Source: Candidatus Latescibacterota bacterium
GTDB lineage: Bacteria; Latescibacterota; UBA2968; UBA8231
Reading direction: 5' to 3'
Length of the DNA stretch: 64,000 nt
NCBI GenBank assembly: GCA_036336855.1
Contig: JAYZFI010000052.1
Span: forward strand, 73,178 to 137,177
Shown one piece after another: positions 18,940-31,377 of this stretch (its first letter is position 1; each line of letters starts with the position of its first letter). The notes beneath the pieces are model-generated. The model made no database searches. It was not told the origin of the DNA and was given only the letters and a program-made list of their open reading frames with translations. The translations under genes were made by a program, and so were the position numbers.

Positions 18940-20175
18940 ATGACTGAGATCCTCGGCGGCGTTTCCATGTTCACGGCGGTGGTGCTGGGCTTGGTGGCCG
19001 TCATCCTCGTCGCTCGCTCCAAGCTCGTTGCTACCGGAGACGTGAGCATCCTCGTCAACGGCGAGCGCACCTTGGCCACAGCTGCGGGAGGCAAGCTGCT
19101 CAACGTGCTGGCCGATCAAGGACTGTTCGTATCCTCCGCTTGTGGCGGCGGTGGCACATGTGCCCAGTGTCGCGTCAGGGTGCATGAGGGGGGTGGCGAG
19201 ATCCTCGCCACCGAGAAGGAGCACATTAACCGACGCGAGGAGCTCGATGGCGAGCGTCTGTCCTGCCAGGTCACGGTAAAACAGGACATGAAGATCGAGG
19301 TTCCCGCAGAGGTGTTCTCGGTGAAGAAACTGGAGTGTGAGGTGGTCTCCAACGACAACGTCGCCACCTTCATCAAGGAGTTCGTGGTTAAGCTCCCTGA
19401 AGGCGAGACTCTCGACTTCCAGTCCGGCGGCTTCGTCCAGATTGAAGTGCCACCTTTCCAGTGCGACTTCCGCGACTTCGACATCGACGAGCGCTTTCGC
19501 GAAGATTGGGATGCCTTCAAGGTTTGGGATCTGCGCACGGTGAACACCGAGACCGCGGTACGTGCCTATTCCATGGCCAATCACCCCGCCGAGGGTGATA
19601 TCGTCATGCTCAACATCCGCATCGCCACGCCGCCCTTCGATCGCGCCGCCGGTGGCTGGATGAAGGTGAATCCCGGCTTGGCCTCGTCCTACACCTTCAA
19701 CTGCAAACCAGGCGAAAAAGTTACCATCTCCGGGCCCTACGGTGAGTTCTACATCCAAGACACGGATCGTGAGATGTGCTACATCGGCGGTGGCGCTGGT
19801 ATGGCGCCTCTGCGCTCGCACATCTTCCATCTCTTCCACACTCTGGGCACTAGCCGAAAGGTGTCGTACTGGTATGGTGCCCGCTCCAGCAAAGAGTTGT
19901 TCTACGAGGACCACTTCCGAGATGTCGAGAGCAAGTTCCCCAACTTCTCCTTCCACGTGGCTATGTCGGAGCCTCTGCCGGAGGACAACTGGACGGGCTC
20001 GATGGGCTTCATCCACCAGGTTGTGCTCGATGAGTACCTCTCGAAGCATCCTGCGCCAGAAGACATCGAGTACTACCTGTGCGGCCCGCCGATGATGCTG
20101 CAGGCAGTGCTCAAGATGCTTGACGATCTCGGCGTTGAAGAGGAGATGATCCGCTTCGACGACTTCGGCTCATAG
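18940..20175 (+). CDS. nqrF: Na+-NQR subunit F
   Basis: N-terminal TM segment, 2Fe-2S ferredoxin motif [18 protein letters not shown] motif RAYSMAN and NADH-binding region [13 protein letters not shown]. Confidence 0.93.
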   Translation: MTEILGGVSMFTAVVLGLVAVILVARSKLVATGDVSILVNGERTLATAAGGKLLNVLADQGLFVSSACGGGGTCAQCRVRVHEGGGEILATEKEHINRREELDGERLSCQVTVKQDMKIEVPAEVFSVKKLECEVVSNDNVATFIKEFVVKLPEGETLDFQSGGFVQIEVPPFQCDFRDFDIDERFREDWDAFKVWDLRTVNTETAVRAYSMANHPAEGDIVMLNIRIATPPFDRAAGGWMKVNPGLASSYTFNCKPGEKVTISGPYGEFYIQDTDREMCYIGGGAGMAPLRSHIFHLFHTLGTSRKVSYWYGARSSKELFYEDHFRDVESKFPNFSFHVAMSEPLPEDNWTGSMGFIHQVVLDEYLSKHPAPEDIEYYLCGPPMMLQAVLKMLDDLGVEEEMIRFDDFGS

Positions 20176-20193
20176 CGAGGAGAGAAGGCAACC

Positions 20194-20439
20194 GTGGATG
20201 TTTTCCTTCCCGCACTGGCCATCTTCGGTCTGGTCATGACCGGCATGGCCGTGGGGGTCATCTTTTCTAACCGCCGTATCACCGGTTCCTGTGGGGGACT
20301 GGCTAGTATGCGGGACGAGTTCGGTGAACCGATGTGCGAATGCGGAGCTACCGACGGTCAGTCCTGCGGCCGCAATCCCGGCCGGCGCTTTGCCTCCGGC
20401 TCCAAGGCACCCGCCTCTCAAGAGAGCGTGGTGGCGTAG
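20194..20439 (+). CDS. nqrM: (Na+)-NQR maturation factor NqrM (DUF539-type)
   Basis: 81 aa with an N-terminal TM segment, then ..ITGSCGGL.. and ..CECG....C.. cysteine motifs. It sits immediately after nqrF, the position and pattern known for NqrM. Confidence 0.75.
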   Translation: MDVFLPALAIFGLVMTGMAVGVIFSNRRITGSCGGLASMRDEFGEPMCECGATDGQSCGRNPGRRFASGSKAPASQESVVA

Positions 20440-20828
20440 CCCTCGAATCCGGGCCTCTCGCCATCGACGAGAGGAGCCTGCTTGCAGATAACGCTTCCTG
20501 TCGCCGCCCACACCCTTCCTCTGCAGCGGTTCACCATTTCCTTTCGGCCTCATCGCCCTGCTGCCATGGGGGGGAGGCCATTAGCGATCAAACGGTGGTT
20601 AAACCCGAACCCCTCGCCGTCCTCGTACTGTCAATCGACGTTGCGAGTCGAACCGACGGCGCGGGTGGGGGTGGGATTAGCGCACGTGGGTGGGAGCGGA
20701 GACGCCGAAAATCAACCCCGAGCTTACTGCGGTAAAGGGTGCTGACCGCTGTCGTACCTGTCACGGGGTTGTGGTGGGTGCACCCGCTGAATTGCACTGA
20801 CACAATTCGCCATAGAGGCGGTGATGCC

Positions 20829-21098
20829 GTGAACGACGACATTGACCCGAGTCGCTCGAAGGACGAGACAGCCTCCGCGTCGCTACGCGCCGTGAGCCCC
20901 CTACTGGTGGCGGGGATCCAGTTCGCCGCTACCGTGCTAATCTGTATAGCCGGCGGCTGGTGGCTGGACCAGCGTTTTCAGACCAGCCCCTGGCTGTTGC
21001 TTGCGGGTGGGCTGTTTGGTTCGGTCGCCGCGTTCTACCACTTCTACCAGGTGGTGATGCGTGTCAGTTCGCCATCGCAGAAATCCGAAGACGAGTGA
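20829..21098 (+). CDS. AtpZ/AtpI-family small membrane protein preceding the ATP synthase genes
   Basis: ..AVSPLLVAGIQFAATVLICIAGGWWLDQRFQTSPWLLLAGGLFGSVAAFYHFYQVV..: two TM segments with the AtpZ-like pattern. Start placed at GTG 20829, downstream of AGAGG; the track ORF begins at 20739. Confidence 0.6.
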   Translation: MNDDIDPSRSKDETASASLRAVSPLLVAGIQFAATVLICIAGGWWLDQRFQTSPWLLLAGGLFGSVAAFYHFYQVVMRVSSPSQKSEDE

Positions 21099-21436
21099 TA
21101 GAAAACTCTTACGTATCCGCAGCGCTGGGGATCGTCGTGAGCGCCGCCAGCGCCAGCATCGGTTGGCTCACCCTGCGCTGGTCGGCAAGCCGTCCCGGTC
21201 TGTTCATCGCCGCTATCTCGGGGGGCGTCGCGCTGCGGTTGCTGTTGGTGGTGGCAGCCAGCGTCCTGTTGCTCATGTTCACTGCCACCAACCCCGGTGC
21301 TTACGCCGCCGGTTTGGTCGTGACCTACCTTGCCTTCCTCGGGCTCGAAATCGCGATGTTCGCGCGGCGAGGCAGTGGCCAGGGTAAGAAATCTAATTTT
21401 CCGTCGACAAGGGGATCAAACACCGGCCTTCCATGA
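21095..21436 (+). CDS. ATP synthase protein I-like membrane protein
   Basis: GTG 21095 overlaps the preceding stop (GTGA). 113 aa, very hydrophobic (about 4 TM segments), in the position of atpI before atpB. Confidence 0.5.
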   Translation: MIENSYVSAALGIVVSAASASIGWLTLRWSASRPGLFIAAISGGVALRLLLVVAASVLLLMFTATNPGAYAAGLVVTYLAFLGLEIAMFARRGSGQGKKSNFPSTRGSNTGLP

Positions 21437-21440
21437 GTTG

Positions 21441-21468
21441 TTGACATCAGTATGTCCACCTTTATTTT
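21441..21468 (+). promoter_or_regulatory. sigma-70-like promoter candidate (TTGACA-N16-TATTTT) upstream of atpB
   Basis: Perfect -35 hexamer TTGACA (21441..21446), 16-nt spacer, then TATTTT, within a conspicuous AT-rich island. The same stretch can fold as a weak hairpin (GACAT-cagt-ATGTC) plus T-run, so an attenuator/terminator reading is also possible. Confidence 0.3.
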
Positions 21469-21583
21469 TTGACCGGCTCGGCCAAGAGCCAAGTCCCAAG
21501 GTTTTACAATTCCCTCCAGACTATGACCCGCGGTTGCCAGGCGGGTCGTCACCAGCACCCGGGCTCGGAGCCTGGGGGAGCCG

Positions 21584-22414
21584 ATGGCTGCAAGTGCGGA
21601 TGCCGCGCAAGGCGGCGGAAACGTAGACGTAATCGGGCACATCCTGGACCATGACTCCGTGGAAGTGCCCTTCATCAATGCCCATCACATCTTCGACGGG
21701 CACATCGCCCTTCCGCATTTCGACCCGATCTACGGGGTAGATCTCTCCATCACCCGCCACGTGCTGATGATGTGGATTGCCAGCTCTCTTCTCATCCTCA
21801 CGATGATGGCCTGCTTCCGGCGTCCGAAGCTCGTTCCTACCGGGCTCGCCAACTTTCTCGAAAGCATCGTCGTATTCCTTCGCGACGAGGTCGTGTTGCC
21901 GGTGATGGGGGAAGGGGGACGCGTGTATCTGCCCTTCCTGCTCACCGTGTTTTTCTTCATTCTGTACTGTAACCTGCTCGGCCTCGTCCCCTACAGCGCG
22001 ACTGCTACCGGCAATATCAGTGTCACTGCCGCCCTTGCTCTCATCTCCTTCGCGGTGACCCAGGGAGCCGGCATCGTCAACAATGGACTCATCGGACACT
22101 TCAAGGCGATGGTGCCCTCCGGTGTGCCAGCCGCACTGCTGATCATCCTCATACCGATCGAGATCGTCGGCATGCTGGCCAAGCCCTTCGCCCTGTGCAT
22201 CCGACTCTTCGCCAACATGATTGCCGGCCACATCGCGATTGTGGTCTTCTTAGGGCTCATCATCATGCTCCAGTCGTATTGGGTGGCGCCGGCCTCGGTC
22301 ATTCTCGCAGCGGCCCTCTACCTGCTCGAGATCTTTATCGGCTTCATTCAAGCCTTCATCTTCACCCTGCTCACGGCCCTGTTCGTGAGCATGGCCGTTC
22401 ATCCCGATCACTAG
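21584..22414 (+). CDS. atpB: F0F1 ATP synthase subunit a
   Basis: Polytopic membrane protein with the conserved stator arginine region ..FALCIRLFANMIAGHIAIV... The start is uncertain within the first ~30 codons. Confidence 0.9.
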   Translation: MAASADAAQGGGNVDVIGHILDHDSVEVPFINAHHIFDGHIALPHFDPIYGVDLSITRHVLMMWIASSLLILTMMACFRRPKLVPTGLANFLESIVVFLRDEVVLPVMGEGGRVYLPFLLTVFFFILYCNLLGLVPYSATATGNISVTAALALISFAVTQGAGIVNNGLIGHFKAMVPSGVPAALLIILIPIEIVGMLAKPFALCIRLFANMIAGHIAIVVFLGLIIMLQSYWVAPASVILAAALYLLEIFIGFIQAFIFTLLTALFVSMAVHPDH

Positions 22415-22455
22415 TGGCCGGGCGGACAGACACAATGAGACTCACCACACCATAA

Positions 22456-22692
<237 letters not shown>

Positions 22693-22693
22693 C

Positions 22694-23185
22694 ATGGGTC
22701 TGCTGGATGTCCACCCCGGACTGATCCTGTGGACGATCATCACCTTCGTTGTTGTGCTCGTGATCCTGAAGGCCAAGGTCTGGGGTCCCCTTCTGACCGC
22801 TCTCGATCAGCGTGAGCAGAGCATTCGCGAGGCCATAGAAAGCGCTGACAAGGCACGGGCTGACACCCAGGCTCAACTGCAGGAGCATCGTCAGACACTG
22901 ATCGAAGCTGAGGTCGAGGCTCGCCAGATCGTCGCCGAGGCCCGTGAAGCGGCCGAGACCGTGCGTCAGTCCATCGTGGATGCGGCGCGTGTCGAGGCTC
23001 AGCGCACGATCGACAGCGCTCGCAAGAGCATCGAGACCGAGAAGCGCACCGCCCTGGCCGAGCTACACAACGAGGTGGCCGATCTCGCCGTTAACGCGGC
23101 GAGCAAGATTCTCGACGCCGAGCTCGACGCCGATCGCAACCGCAAGCTCGTCAACGACTTTATCACCCGCTTGCCGCAATCGTAG
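22694..23185 (+). CDS. atpF: F0F1 ATP synthase subunit b
   Basis: Single N-terminal TM segment followed by a long charged helical region rich in A/E/R/Q; correct position in the operon. Confidence 0.88.
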   Translation: MGLLDVHPGLILWTIITFVVVLVILKAKVWGPLLTALDQREQSIREAIESADKARADTQAQLQEHRQTLIEAEVEARQIVAEAREAAETVRQSIVDAARVEAQRTIDSARKSIETEKRTALAELHNEVADLAVNAASKILDAELDADRNRKLVNDFITRLPQS

Positions 23186-23203
23186 GTAGGACGGACGAAC
23201 GCG

Positions 23204-23761
23204 ATGGCGACCTCCAGAGGGCTCGAAGTCGTGCGGCGCTATGCCATGACTTTGCTCGAGGCTGCTCAGGAAGCCGGCGTCGAGGTGCAGGTACGCAGAG
23301 ACCTCGACGGTTTGGTGGCGACCTTAGACGCTTCCTCTGAGCTGAGCGAGTTTCTCGAGAACCGTCTGGTCACCGGCGAGGCGGTTGCCTCGGCATTGCA
23401 GCAAGTCTTCGAGGGCAAGGTGCAGGGTCTGACCCTGAACTTTCTCCTGCTCGTTAGCCGCCGCCGTCGCGCCTACTTGCTGGCGGAGATCTTGCGCACC
23501 GTTGTAGCGATCCTCGACGAACGTGCCGGCATCGACACCGCTCAGGTGCGTTCCGCCATGGCCCTGAGCGGCGATCAAGTCGAGCAGCTGCGGCAGCGTT
23601 TGGAAGCTTACACCGGGCGGCAGTTGCAGCTGGAGACCGAGGTCGACGAGTCGCTACGCGGTGGGGCGATCGCCACCATAGGTGACATCGTCTTGGATGG
23701 TAGCGTTGACACCCAGCTGACGAGACTGCGGCAGCGTTTCCTCGCCGGAACGGGAAGCTAA
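23204..23761 (+). CDS. atpH: F0F1 ATP synthase subunit delta (OSCP)
   Basis: 185 aa, located between b and alpha, with an OSCP-like C-terminal half (..GGAIATIGDIVLDGSV..). Confidence 0.85.
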   Translation: MATSRGLEVVRRYAMTLLEAAQEAGVEVQVRRDLDGLVATLDASSELSEFLENRLVTGEAVASALQQVFEGKVQGLTLNFLLLVSRRRRAYLLAEILRTVVAILDERAGIDTAQVRSAMALSGDQVEQLRQRLEAYTGRQLQLETEVDESLRGGAIATIGDIVLDGSVDTQLTRLRQRFLAGTGS

Positions 23762-23816
23762 CGACGGTGGCTCTCCGCCGTTCCAGTAGAAGAACCAGGT
23801 AAGAGAAGGGACAGCA

Positions 23817-25340
23817 ATGCCCGCCGAAGCAATGGTACGGCCCGACGAAATTTCGCAGATCCTCAAGCAGCAGCTACTGGGGTTCGAAAAGGAAATCGAC
23901 GTCTACGAGAGCGGCACGGTGCTCTATGTGGGAGATGGTATTGCCCGTGTGCACGGGCTGGGTAATGTTCGCGCCACCGAGCTGGTGGAGTTCCCCCACG
24001 GCGTTATGGGAATGGCTCTCAACCTCGAGCAGGACAACGTCGGATGTGTGCTGTTCGGCGAAGACACGCTGATCCACGAGGGCGATCCAGTGAAGCGCAC
24101 CGGTCGCATCGTCGAGGTTCCTGTCGGGGCCGAGCTGCTCGGACGCGTGGTCAATCCCTTGGGCGTGCCCATCGATGGCAAGGGCGATGTCAATGCCACG
24201 CAGGCGTTGCCTGTGGAGCGAAAGGCGCCGGGTGTCATCGACCGTCAGCCGGTCACCGAGGCGGTGCAGACGGGCATCAAGATCATCGATTCCACTGTGC
24301 CTATTGGACGCGGTCAGCGCGAGCTCATCATCGGCGATCGCCAGACCGGAAAGACCGCCATCGCTGTAGACACAATCATCAATCAGAAGGGTGGCGACCT
24401 CATGTGCATCTACGTCGCCATCGGTCAGAAGGCCTCTACGGTGGCCAAGGTTGTCGCCGAGCTCGAAGCCAACGGCGCCATGGACTACACCATCGTGGTC
24501 TCTGCCACCGCCGCCGATCCGGCACCCCTGCAGTTCCTGGCGCCCTATTCTGGTGCCTCCATGGGCGAATACTTCCGCGACAGTGGCCGCCATGCGCTGA
24601 TCATTTACGACGATCTGTCCAAGCAGGCCTGGGCCTACCGCGAGATGTCCCTGATCCTGCGCCGGCCGCCGGGCCGTGAGGCCTATCCCGGCGATGTGTT
24701 CTACCTGCATTCCCGGCTGCTTGAGCGCGCCGCAAAAATGAGTGACGAGAAGGGCGGCGGCTCCCTGACCGCGCTTCCCGTGATCGAGATCCTCGAAGGT
24801 GATGTCTCGACCTTCGTGCCCACCAATGTCATCTCCATCACAGACGGACAGATTCTGCTTAAGCCGGAGCTGTTCTACTCCGGCAATCGCCCTGCCATGG
24901 ACGTGGGCGCTTCGGTGTCACGCGTGGGCAGCGCCGCCCAGACCAAGGCGATGAAGGCGGTGGCCAGGGCAATCAAGGGCGACATCTCGCGCTACAACGA
25001 AGTCAAAGCCTTCGCCCAGTTCGGTACTTCCGACCTCGACCAGTCGACGCGCGATCTGCTCAATCGGGGCGAAAAGCTCATGGAGATCCTCAAGCAGGAC
25101 CAGTACGTGCCTCTGTCACTGGAAGAGGAGACAGTGGCGCTATTCGCCATCGAGTACGTTCTCGATCTGCCCACGGCGGACGTGCGCCACTTCGAAGAGG
25201 AGTTGCTCGCTTTCATGCGTGATCGGCAGCCCGAGCTCATGGCCGAGATTCGCGACAGCCGCGACCTTAGTGACGAGACCACGGCGAAGCTCAAAGACGC
25301 CATCGCCCAGTTCAAGAGCGGATTCCGCGCCTCCGCGTAA
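23817..25340 (+). CDS. atpA: F0F1 ATP synthase subunit alpha
   Basis: Walker [19 protein letters not shown] and the highly conserved ..[22 protein letters not shown]... Confidence 0.97.
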   Translation: MPAEAMVRPDEISQILKQQLLGFEKEIDVYESGTVLYVGDGIARVHGLGNVRATELVEFPHGVMGMALNLEQDNVGCVLFGEDTLIHEGDPVKRTGRIVEVPVGAELLGRVVNPLGVPIDGKGDVNATQALPVERKAPGVIDRQPVTEAVQTGIKIIDSTVPIGRGQRELIIGDRQTGKTAIAVDTIINQKGGDLMCIYVAIGQKASTVAKVVAELEANGAMDYTIVVSATAADPAPLQFLAPYSGASMGEYFRDSGRHALIIYDDLSKQAWAYREMSLILRRPPGREAYPGDVFYLHSRLLERAAKMSDEKGGGSLTALPVIEILEGDVSTFVPTNVISITDGQILLKPELFYSGNRPAMDVGASVSRVGSAAQTKAMKAVARAIKGDISRYNEVKAFAQFGTSDLDQSTRDLLNRGEKLMEILKQDQYVPLSLEEETVALFAIEYVLDLPTADVRHFEEELLAFMRDRQPELMAEIRDSRDLSDETTAKLKDAIAQFKSGFRASA

Positions 25341-25366
25341 GGGGCAGGGTAGAGTAGAGCTAAGAG

Positions 25367-27677
<2,311 letters not shown>

Positions 27678-27685
27678 ACAGCGTC

Positions 27686-28081
27686 ATGGCCTATTCACTC
27701 GAGATCGTCACCCCCGAGCGCAGCGCCTACTCCGGACAGGTCCACAGCCTGCGGGCACCCGGGGTGGAGGGCTCCTTCGGCGTGCTGTTGCGGCACGCCC
27801 CTATGGTGGCGGCTCTCCGGTCTGGAGCAATCGAGTTTCAGGAAGAGAGTGGAGAGCGTCGCAAGCTGGCTACTAGCGGCGGTTTTGTCGAAGTCTCGCC
27901 CGAGGGAACCACAGTGCTGGTAGAAACGGCGGAGTTCGGCGAGCAGATCGATCGCGCCCGTGCTCACGCGGCTCGAGATCGCGCCTTGCAGCGGTTGCAG
28001 CAGGACGAGGACGTGGACCGCGCCCGCGCCCAGGTGGCGCTGGGCAGAGCCCTGGCGCGTCTGCAAGTAGCTGGCGACTGA
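27686..28081 (+). CDS. atpC: F0F1 ATP synthase subunit epsilon
   Basis: 131 aa. N-terminal beta-sandwich-like part (LEIVTPERSAYSGQV..), C-terminal helical hairpin, last gene of the operon. Confidence 0.9.
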   Translation: MAYSLEIVTPERSAYSGQVHSLRAPGVEGSFGVLLRHAPMVAALRSGAIEFQEESGERRKLATSGGFVEVSPEGTTVLVETAEFGEQIDRARAHAARDRALQRLQQDEDVDRARAQVALGRALARLQVAGD

Positions 28082-28139
28082 GCTGCCATCTCGGCGGCCG
28101 ATGCGACCCGGTCGCCAACCCCGCTCACGGAGGCCCGCG

Positions 28140-29192
28140 ATGACCACTGTTTCCCCGCAGTTGCGGAGCTTTCTCGAGACCTACATCCCACAGATCGAGG
28201 ACGAGATGTTCTCCTTCCTGCCCGTCCAGGAGCCGGAGGAGTTCATGTATCGCCCCATGCGCGACTACCCGGAACGGGGCGGCAAACGTTCTCGCCCGGC
28301 TCTGGTTCTGCTCTCCTGCCAAGCTTTGGGTGGAGACGTGACTCGCGCCCTGCGTACGGCGGTGGCCTTTGAGATGTTCCAGTCTTTCGCCCTGCTCCAC
28401 GACGATATTGAAGACGATTCCGAGATGCGCCGGGGCAAGCCCTGCAGCCACCGCATGTATGGTATTCCCCTGAGCATCAACGTTGGTGACGCTCTGTACG
28501 CGAAAGTCTTCGAAGTGCTGGCGGCCAACTCCGAGGTACTGGGCTACGAGACCTCCCTCCAACTCATCGACGAGATGACTCGGGGGTCCCGTGAGACGTT
28601 CGAAGGACAGGCCTACGACGTCGGCTGGATCCGAGACGGTACCATTCCCAGCGAAGATGATTTTATGACCATGCTTCGCAAGAAGACGGGATGGTACACC
28701 GGTCGCGGACCGTGCACGGCGGGCGCGATCATCGCCGACGCCACCGACGAGCATCGTCGCGCCATCGGCAATTTCGGCGAAGCCATGGCCATCGCCTTCC
28801 AGATTCGCGACGACCTGCTCAATCTCGTCTCTGAAGAGGGGGATGCAGTCACCGCACCGGGAGTCATCTCAGGTGCCTACGGCAAGGAACGGGGTGGTGA
28901 CATCGCTGAGGGCAAGCGCACGCTCATCGTAATCGATCTGCTGCGCAACTGCTCTGCAGCCGAGAAGGAAGAGGTGCTGCGCATTCTGCAGAGCCCGAGA
29001 GACGAGACCACTCAGGAGCAGATCGAGAGGGTGATCGGCCTCGTTCACGAGTACGACTCCTTCGCCTACGCGGAATCGGTGTCGCGGGGCAAGAGCGAGG
29101 AGAGCTTGCGTCATCTACAGACGTTGCCCGAGACGCCGACCCGAGGTCTGTTGCGCGAGATGCTCGACTTCTTCGTGCAGCGGGCGTTCTAG
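28140..29192 (+). CDS. polyprenyl (geranylgeranyl-type) diphosphate synthase
   Basis: First Asp-rich motif LLHDDIEDDSEMRRGKP and second Asp-rich motif FQIRDDLLN. Start trimmed to MTTVSPQL (ATG 28140). Product chain length is not determinable. Confidence 0.85.
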   Translation: MTTVSPQLRSFLETYIPQIEDEMFSFLPVQEPEEFMYRPMRDYPERGGKRSRPALVLLSCQALGGDVTRALRTAVAFEMFQSFALLHDDIEDDSEMRRGKPCSHRMYGIPLSINVGDALYAKVFEVLAANSEVLGYETSLQLIDEMTRGSRETFEGQAYDVGWIRDGTIPSEDDFMTMLRKKTGWYTGRGPCTAGAIIADATDEHRRAIGNFGEAMAIAFQIRDDLLNLVSEEGDAVTAPGVISGAYGKERGGDIAEGKRTLIVIDLLRNCSAAEKEEVLRILQSPRDETTQEQIERVIGLVHEYDSFAYAESVSRGKSEESLRHLQTLPETPTRGLLREMLDFFVQRAF

Positions 29193-30244
29193 CCAGTTGG
29201 ATCCCGCAGCCAGGCGCCCAACAACCGGGCACAGTTAACGATCGCCTCGGCATGGCAAATCTCGTAGCCGTGGGTGTTGTCGCCCGGATACCCGATCAGC
29301 GCGGCACGAGCGGCGCTTCCTGACGAGCGTGAGAGCGTGGCGTCGCTGGCGTAGGAAGTCAGTACCGCCCCTTGGACTCCGAACCTCAGGCTTTCGGCGC
29401 GGCGGCGCATGCTCTCGATCATCCCCACGTGATAGATGCCAGCGCGATCGCGATCCGGCAGCACCGGGTCGGAGCTGTTCTCCGTCTGATATTCCGTTGC
29501 GACGGGCACGACGTCGATAGCGATCACGCTTTCTGCCGGCAGCTGTCCCACCGACCATATCGCTCCGAGGGCACCGATTTCCTCTTCCGAGCTGGCCACC
29601 AAATAGGTGTCCTGCGCCGGTGGCGCTTCTGCTAGCTGCAGGGCGACCTCCACGAGAATGGCGAGACCTGCTCGGCAATCCAGGTTGTAGCCGGCGATAA
29701 AGTTGTCGCTCAGCCAAATGGGCTGCTTCCAGCGGCGATCGATGACAACCCGGCTGCCCACGCGCACGCCGGCGTTGCACAGGGCTGACGCCTCGCGCTT
29801 GGTTTCTACCCACATCAGATCCCATGTCAGCACCTCACCTTCCTTGAGCCGACCCGCCGGACTCTGTCGCGAAACGTGTTTGGAGCCGATGGAAAGCACC
29901 CCGGGCAGCGAAGTGCTTGGGGTCAGAATTTCCACCGGTGTTTCTCCTATCGCCCACGGATGCAGGCCACCGGTGTTCTCCACCCGTAGCCGGCCGTCGT
30001 CTTCGATGCGCTTCACGATCAGCGCGATCTCGTCCTTGTGAGCGGTTACGGCGACGGGGGAGTCCTGTGCGCGACCGGCGATGTGGAGAATGAGGCTGCC
30101 CGCCGCATCTTGACTCAAGGTGCCATTGGCATCGGCCAGCATCTGTCGCAGCAGGCTCTCCACCTCCGATTCCACACCGGAAGGTGCGTGGGCGGTGAGC
30201 AGGGGGGTGAGATTGGCAAACAGTCGGTCGCGGTCTACATCCAC
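29189..30244 (-). CDS. M42-family metallo-aminopeptidase (FrvX/glutamyl aminopeptidase-like)
   Basis: ..APSGVESEV.., ..VTAHKDEIALIVKRIEDDGRLRVENTGGLHPW.., ..SSEEEIGALGA.. match the M42 layout. GTG start 30244 with GGAGA upstream. The 3' end overlaps the convergent polyprenyl synthase gene by 4 nt. Confidence 0.8.
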   Translation of the reverse strand: MDVDRDRLFANLTPLLTAHAPSGVESEVESLLRQMLADANGTLSQDAAGSLILHIAGRAQDSPVAVTAHKDEIALIVKRIEDDGRLRVENTGGLHPWAIGETPVEILTPSTSLPGVLSIGSKHVSRQSPAGRLKEGEVLTWDLMWVETKREASALCNAGVRVGSRVVIDRRWKQPIWLSDNFIAGYNLDCRAGLAILVEVALQLAEAPPAQDTYLVASSEEEIGALGAIWSVGQLPAESVIAIDVVPVATEYQTENSSDPVLPDRDRAGIYHVGMIESMRRRAESLRFGVQGAVLTSYASDATLSRSSGSAARAALIGYPGDNTHGYEICHAEAIVNCARLLGAWLRDPTG

Positions 30245-30287
30245 CGGGCATCTCCACAGGTTGGAAGTGGTTGTCGTGGGGTAGTGT

Positions 30288-30330
30288 GAAAAACAAAGGG
30301 CCGCTCGCTCTCAGGGAAAGCGGGCGGCCC
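30288..30330 (-). terminator. strong rho-independent terminator after the ECF sigma factor gene
   Basis: The minus strand reads GGGCCGCCCGCT-ttccctgag-AGCGAGCGGCCC (12-bp stem, one mismatch) followed by TTTGTTTTT. Confidence 0.7.
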
Positions 30331-30442
30331 AAGTGGCTGCGTGGCCCAATTTCGCGTTGAATTCGGGCGCCTTGGTGGGGGTACCTTCCTGCGCGGATCT
30401 GCTCAAGCAGGCTCGGAAGCTCTGTGTCCGAGTAGGGTGGCG

Positions 30443-31084
30443 CTAGTTCTCATTCATGAACGGCGTTGGACAGAGGACGCCGATGAATTCCTGGGCGAGC
30501 CCCCTCAAGCTCTTCTGCAGGCGCAGGCGACCGCGGTTGACGCGCGACTTCACCGTGCCCACGGGGCAGTCGATGACCTTGGCGATCTCGTCGTAAGACA
30601 TGCAGTCGAGGTCGCGCAGTTTAACCGCATCGCGAAACTCCTCGGGTAGATCCTGGATCGCTTCCACCACGGAGTCGAGGACTGTATTGGCATCGGACAT
30701 GTCTCCGGGCAGGGGATCAGCGTCCACTGGCTCGTAGAAGGGGCCGCGCTCCTCTTCGTCCCAGGGGCCGATCGGCACCCAGTGCCAGCGCTTGCGGCGA
30801 CGCAACTCGGTCTTGGCGAGATTGCCGGCGATGGTGTAGAGCCAGGTCGAAACCTGCTCGATATTCGGGTACTGATGCTTGTGCCGTAGACAGCGAAGGA
30901 AGGTTTCCTGAACGACGTCCTCTGCGGTCTCGCAGTCGTGGACGAAGCGATAGACGAAGTTGACCAGCGGCGTGCGATACTTGCGCACGAGGATGGCCAG
31001 AGCGTTGGGGTCGTGCTCGGCGCGGCGCAGCACGAGGCGATCCGACTGTTTCTGCTTGGCGATCTGCTCCTGGGTCCGTTCCAC
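30443..31084 (-). CDS. ECF-type RNA polymerase sigma-70 family factor
   Basis: Region 2 (..LVRKYRTPLVNFVYRFVHDCETAEDVVQETFLRC..) and region 4 HTH (..LDCMSYDEIAKVIDCPVGTVKSRVNRGRLRL..). Start placed at GTG 31084, downstream of GAGAGAGG; the track ORF starts at TTG 31180. Confidence 0.85.
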   Translation of the reverse strand: MERTQEQIAKQKQSDRLVLRRAEHDPNALAILVRKYRTPLVNFVYRFVHDCETAEDVVQETFLRCLRHKHQYPNIEQVSTWLYTIAGNLAKTELRRRKRWHWVPIGPWDEEERGPFYEPVDADPLPGDMSDANTVLDSVVEAIQDLPEEFRDAVKLRDLDCMSYDEIAKVIDCPVGTVKSRVNRGRLRLQKSLRGLAQEFIGVLCPTPFMNEN

Positions 31085-31348
31085 GGCGTCCTCTCTCGGC
31101 CTTTGTTCCCGCGTTAGCCTGATCGGCGATATCGTTCGTTCGGAGTCAATGCAGGCCTGAGCCCGTATACTCCTTCGCAATCGTCGTACCTAATCGAAAT
31201 CTGGGCGCGGCTGATATCATGCAAGTGACGCAATTACATAAAGTTGACGAAATAACATAGGAGACGACCGGCGACTGTAAATGGCCTGGAAAGCTTGGAA
31301 TTCGACTCAAGGTTCTGATGAAATCTTCAGAGTTCTGAGGGTCTCATT

Positions 31349-31377
31349 TTGACGCCGTCTCGAGGAGGGGATAGATT
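31349..31377 (+). promoter_or_regulatory. sigma-70-like promoter candidate for the SEC-C protein gene
   Basis: TTGACG-N17-TAGATT, ending about 39 nt before ATG 31416, in an AT-richer intergenic region. Confidence 0.35.

Noticed and set aside
20334-20735. ORFs of 66-133 aa filling the nqrM-atp gap (20334..20735, 20482..20745, 20170..20553, 20588..20842).
   Set aside because: They have low-complexity Arg/Ser/Pro/Ala-rich translations, overlap each other in different frames, and have no ribosome-binding sites or motifs. The region is treated as non-coding.
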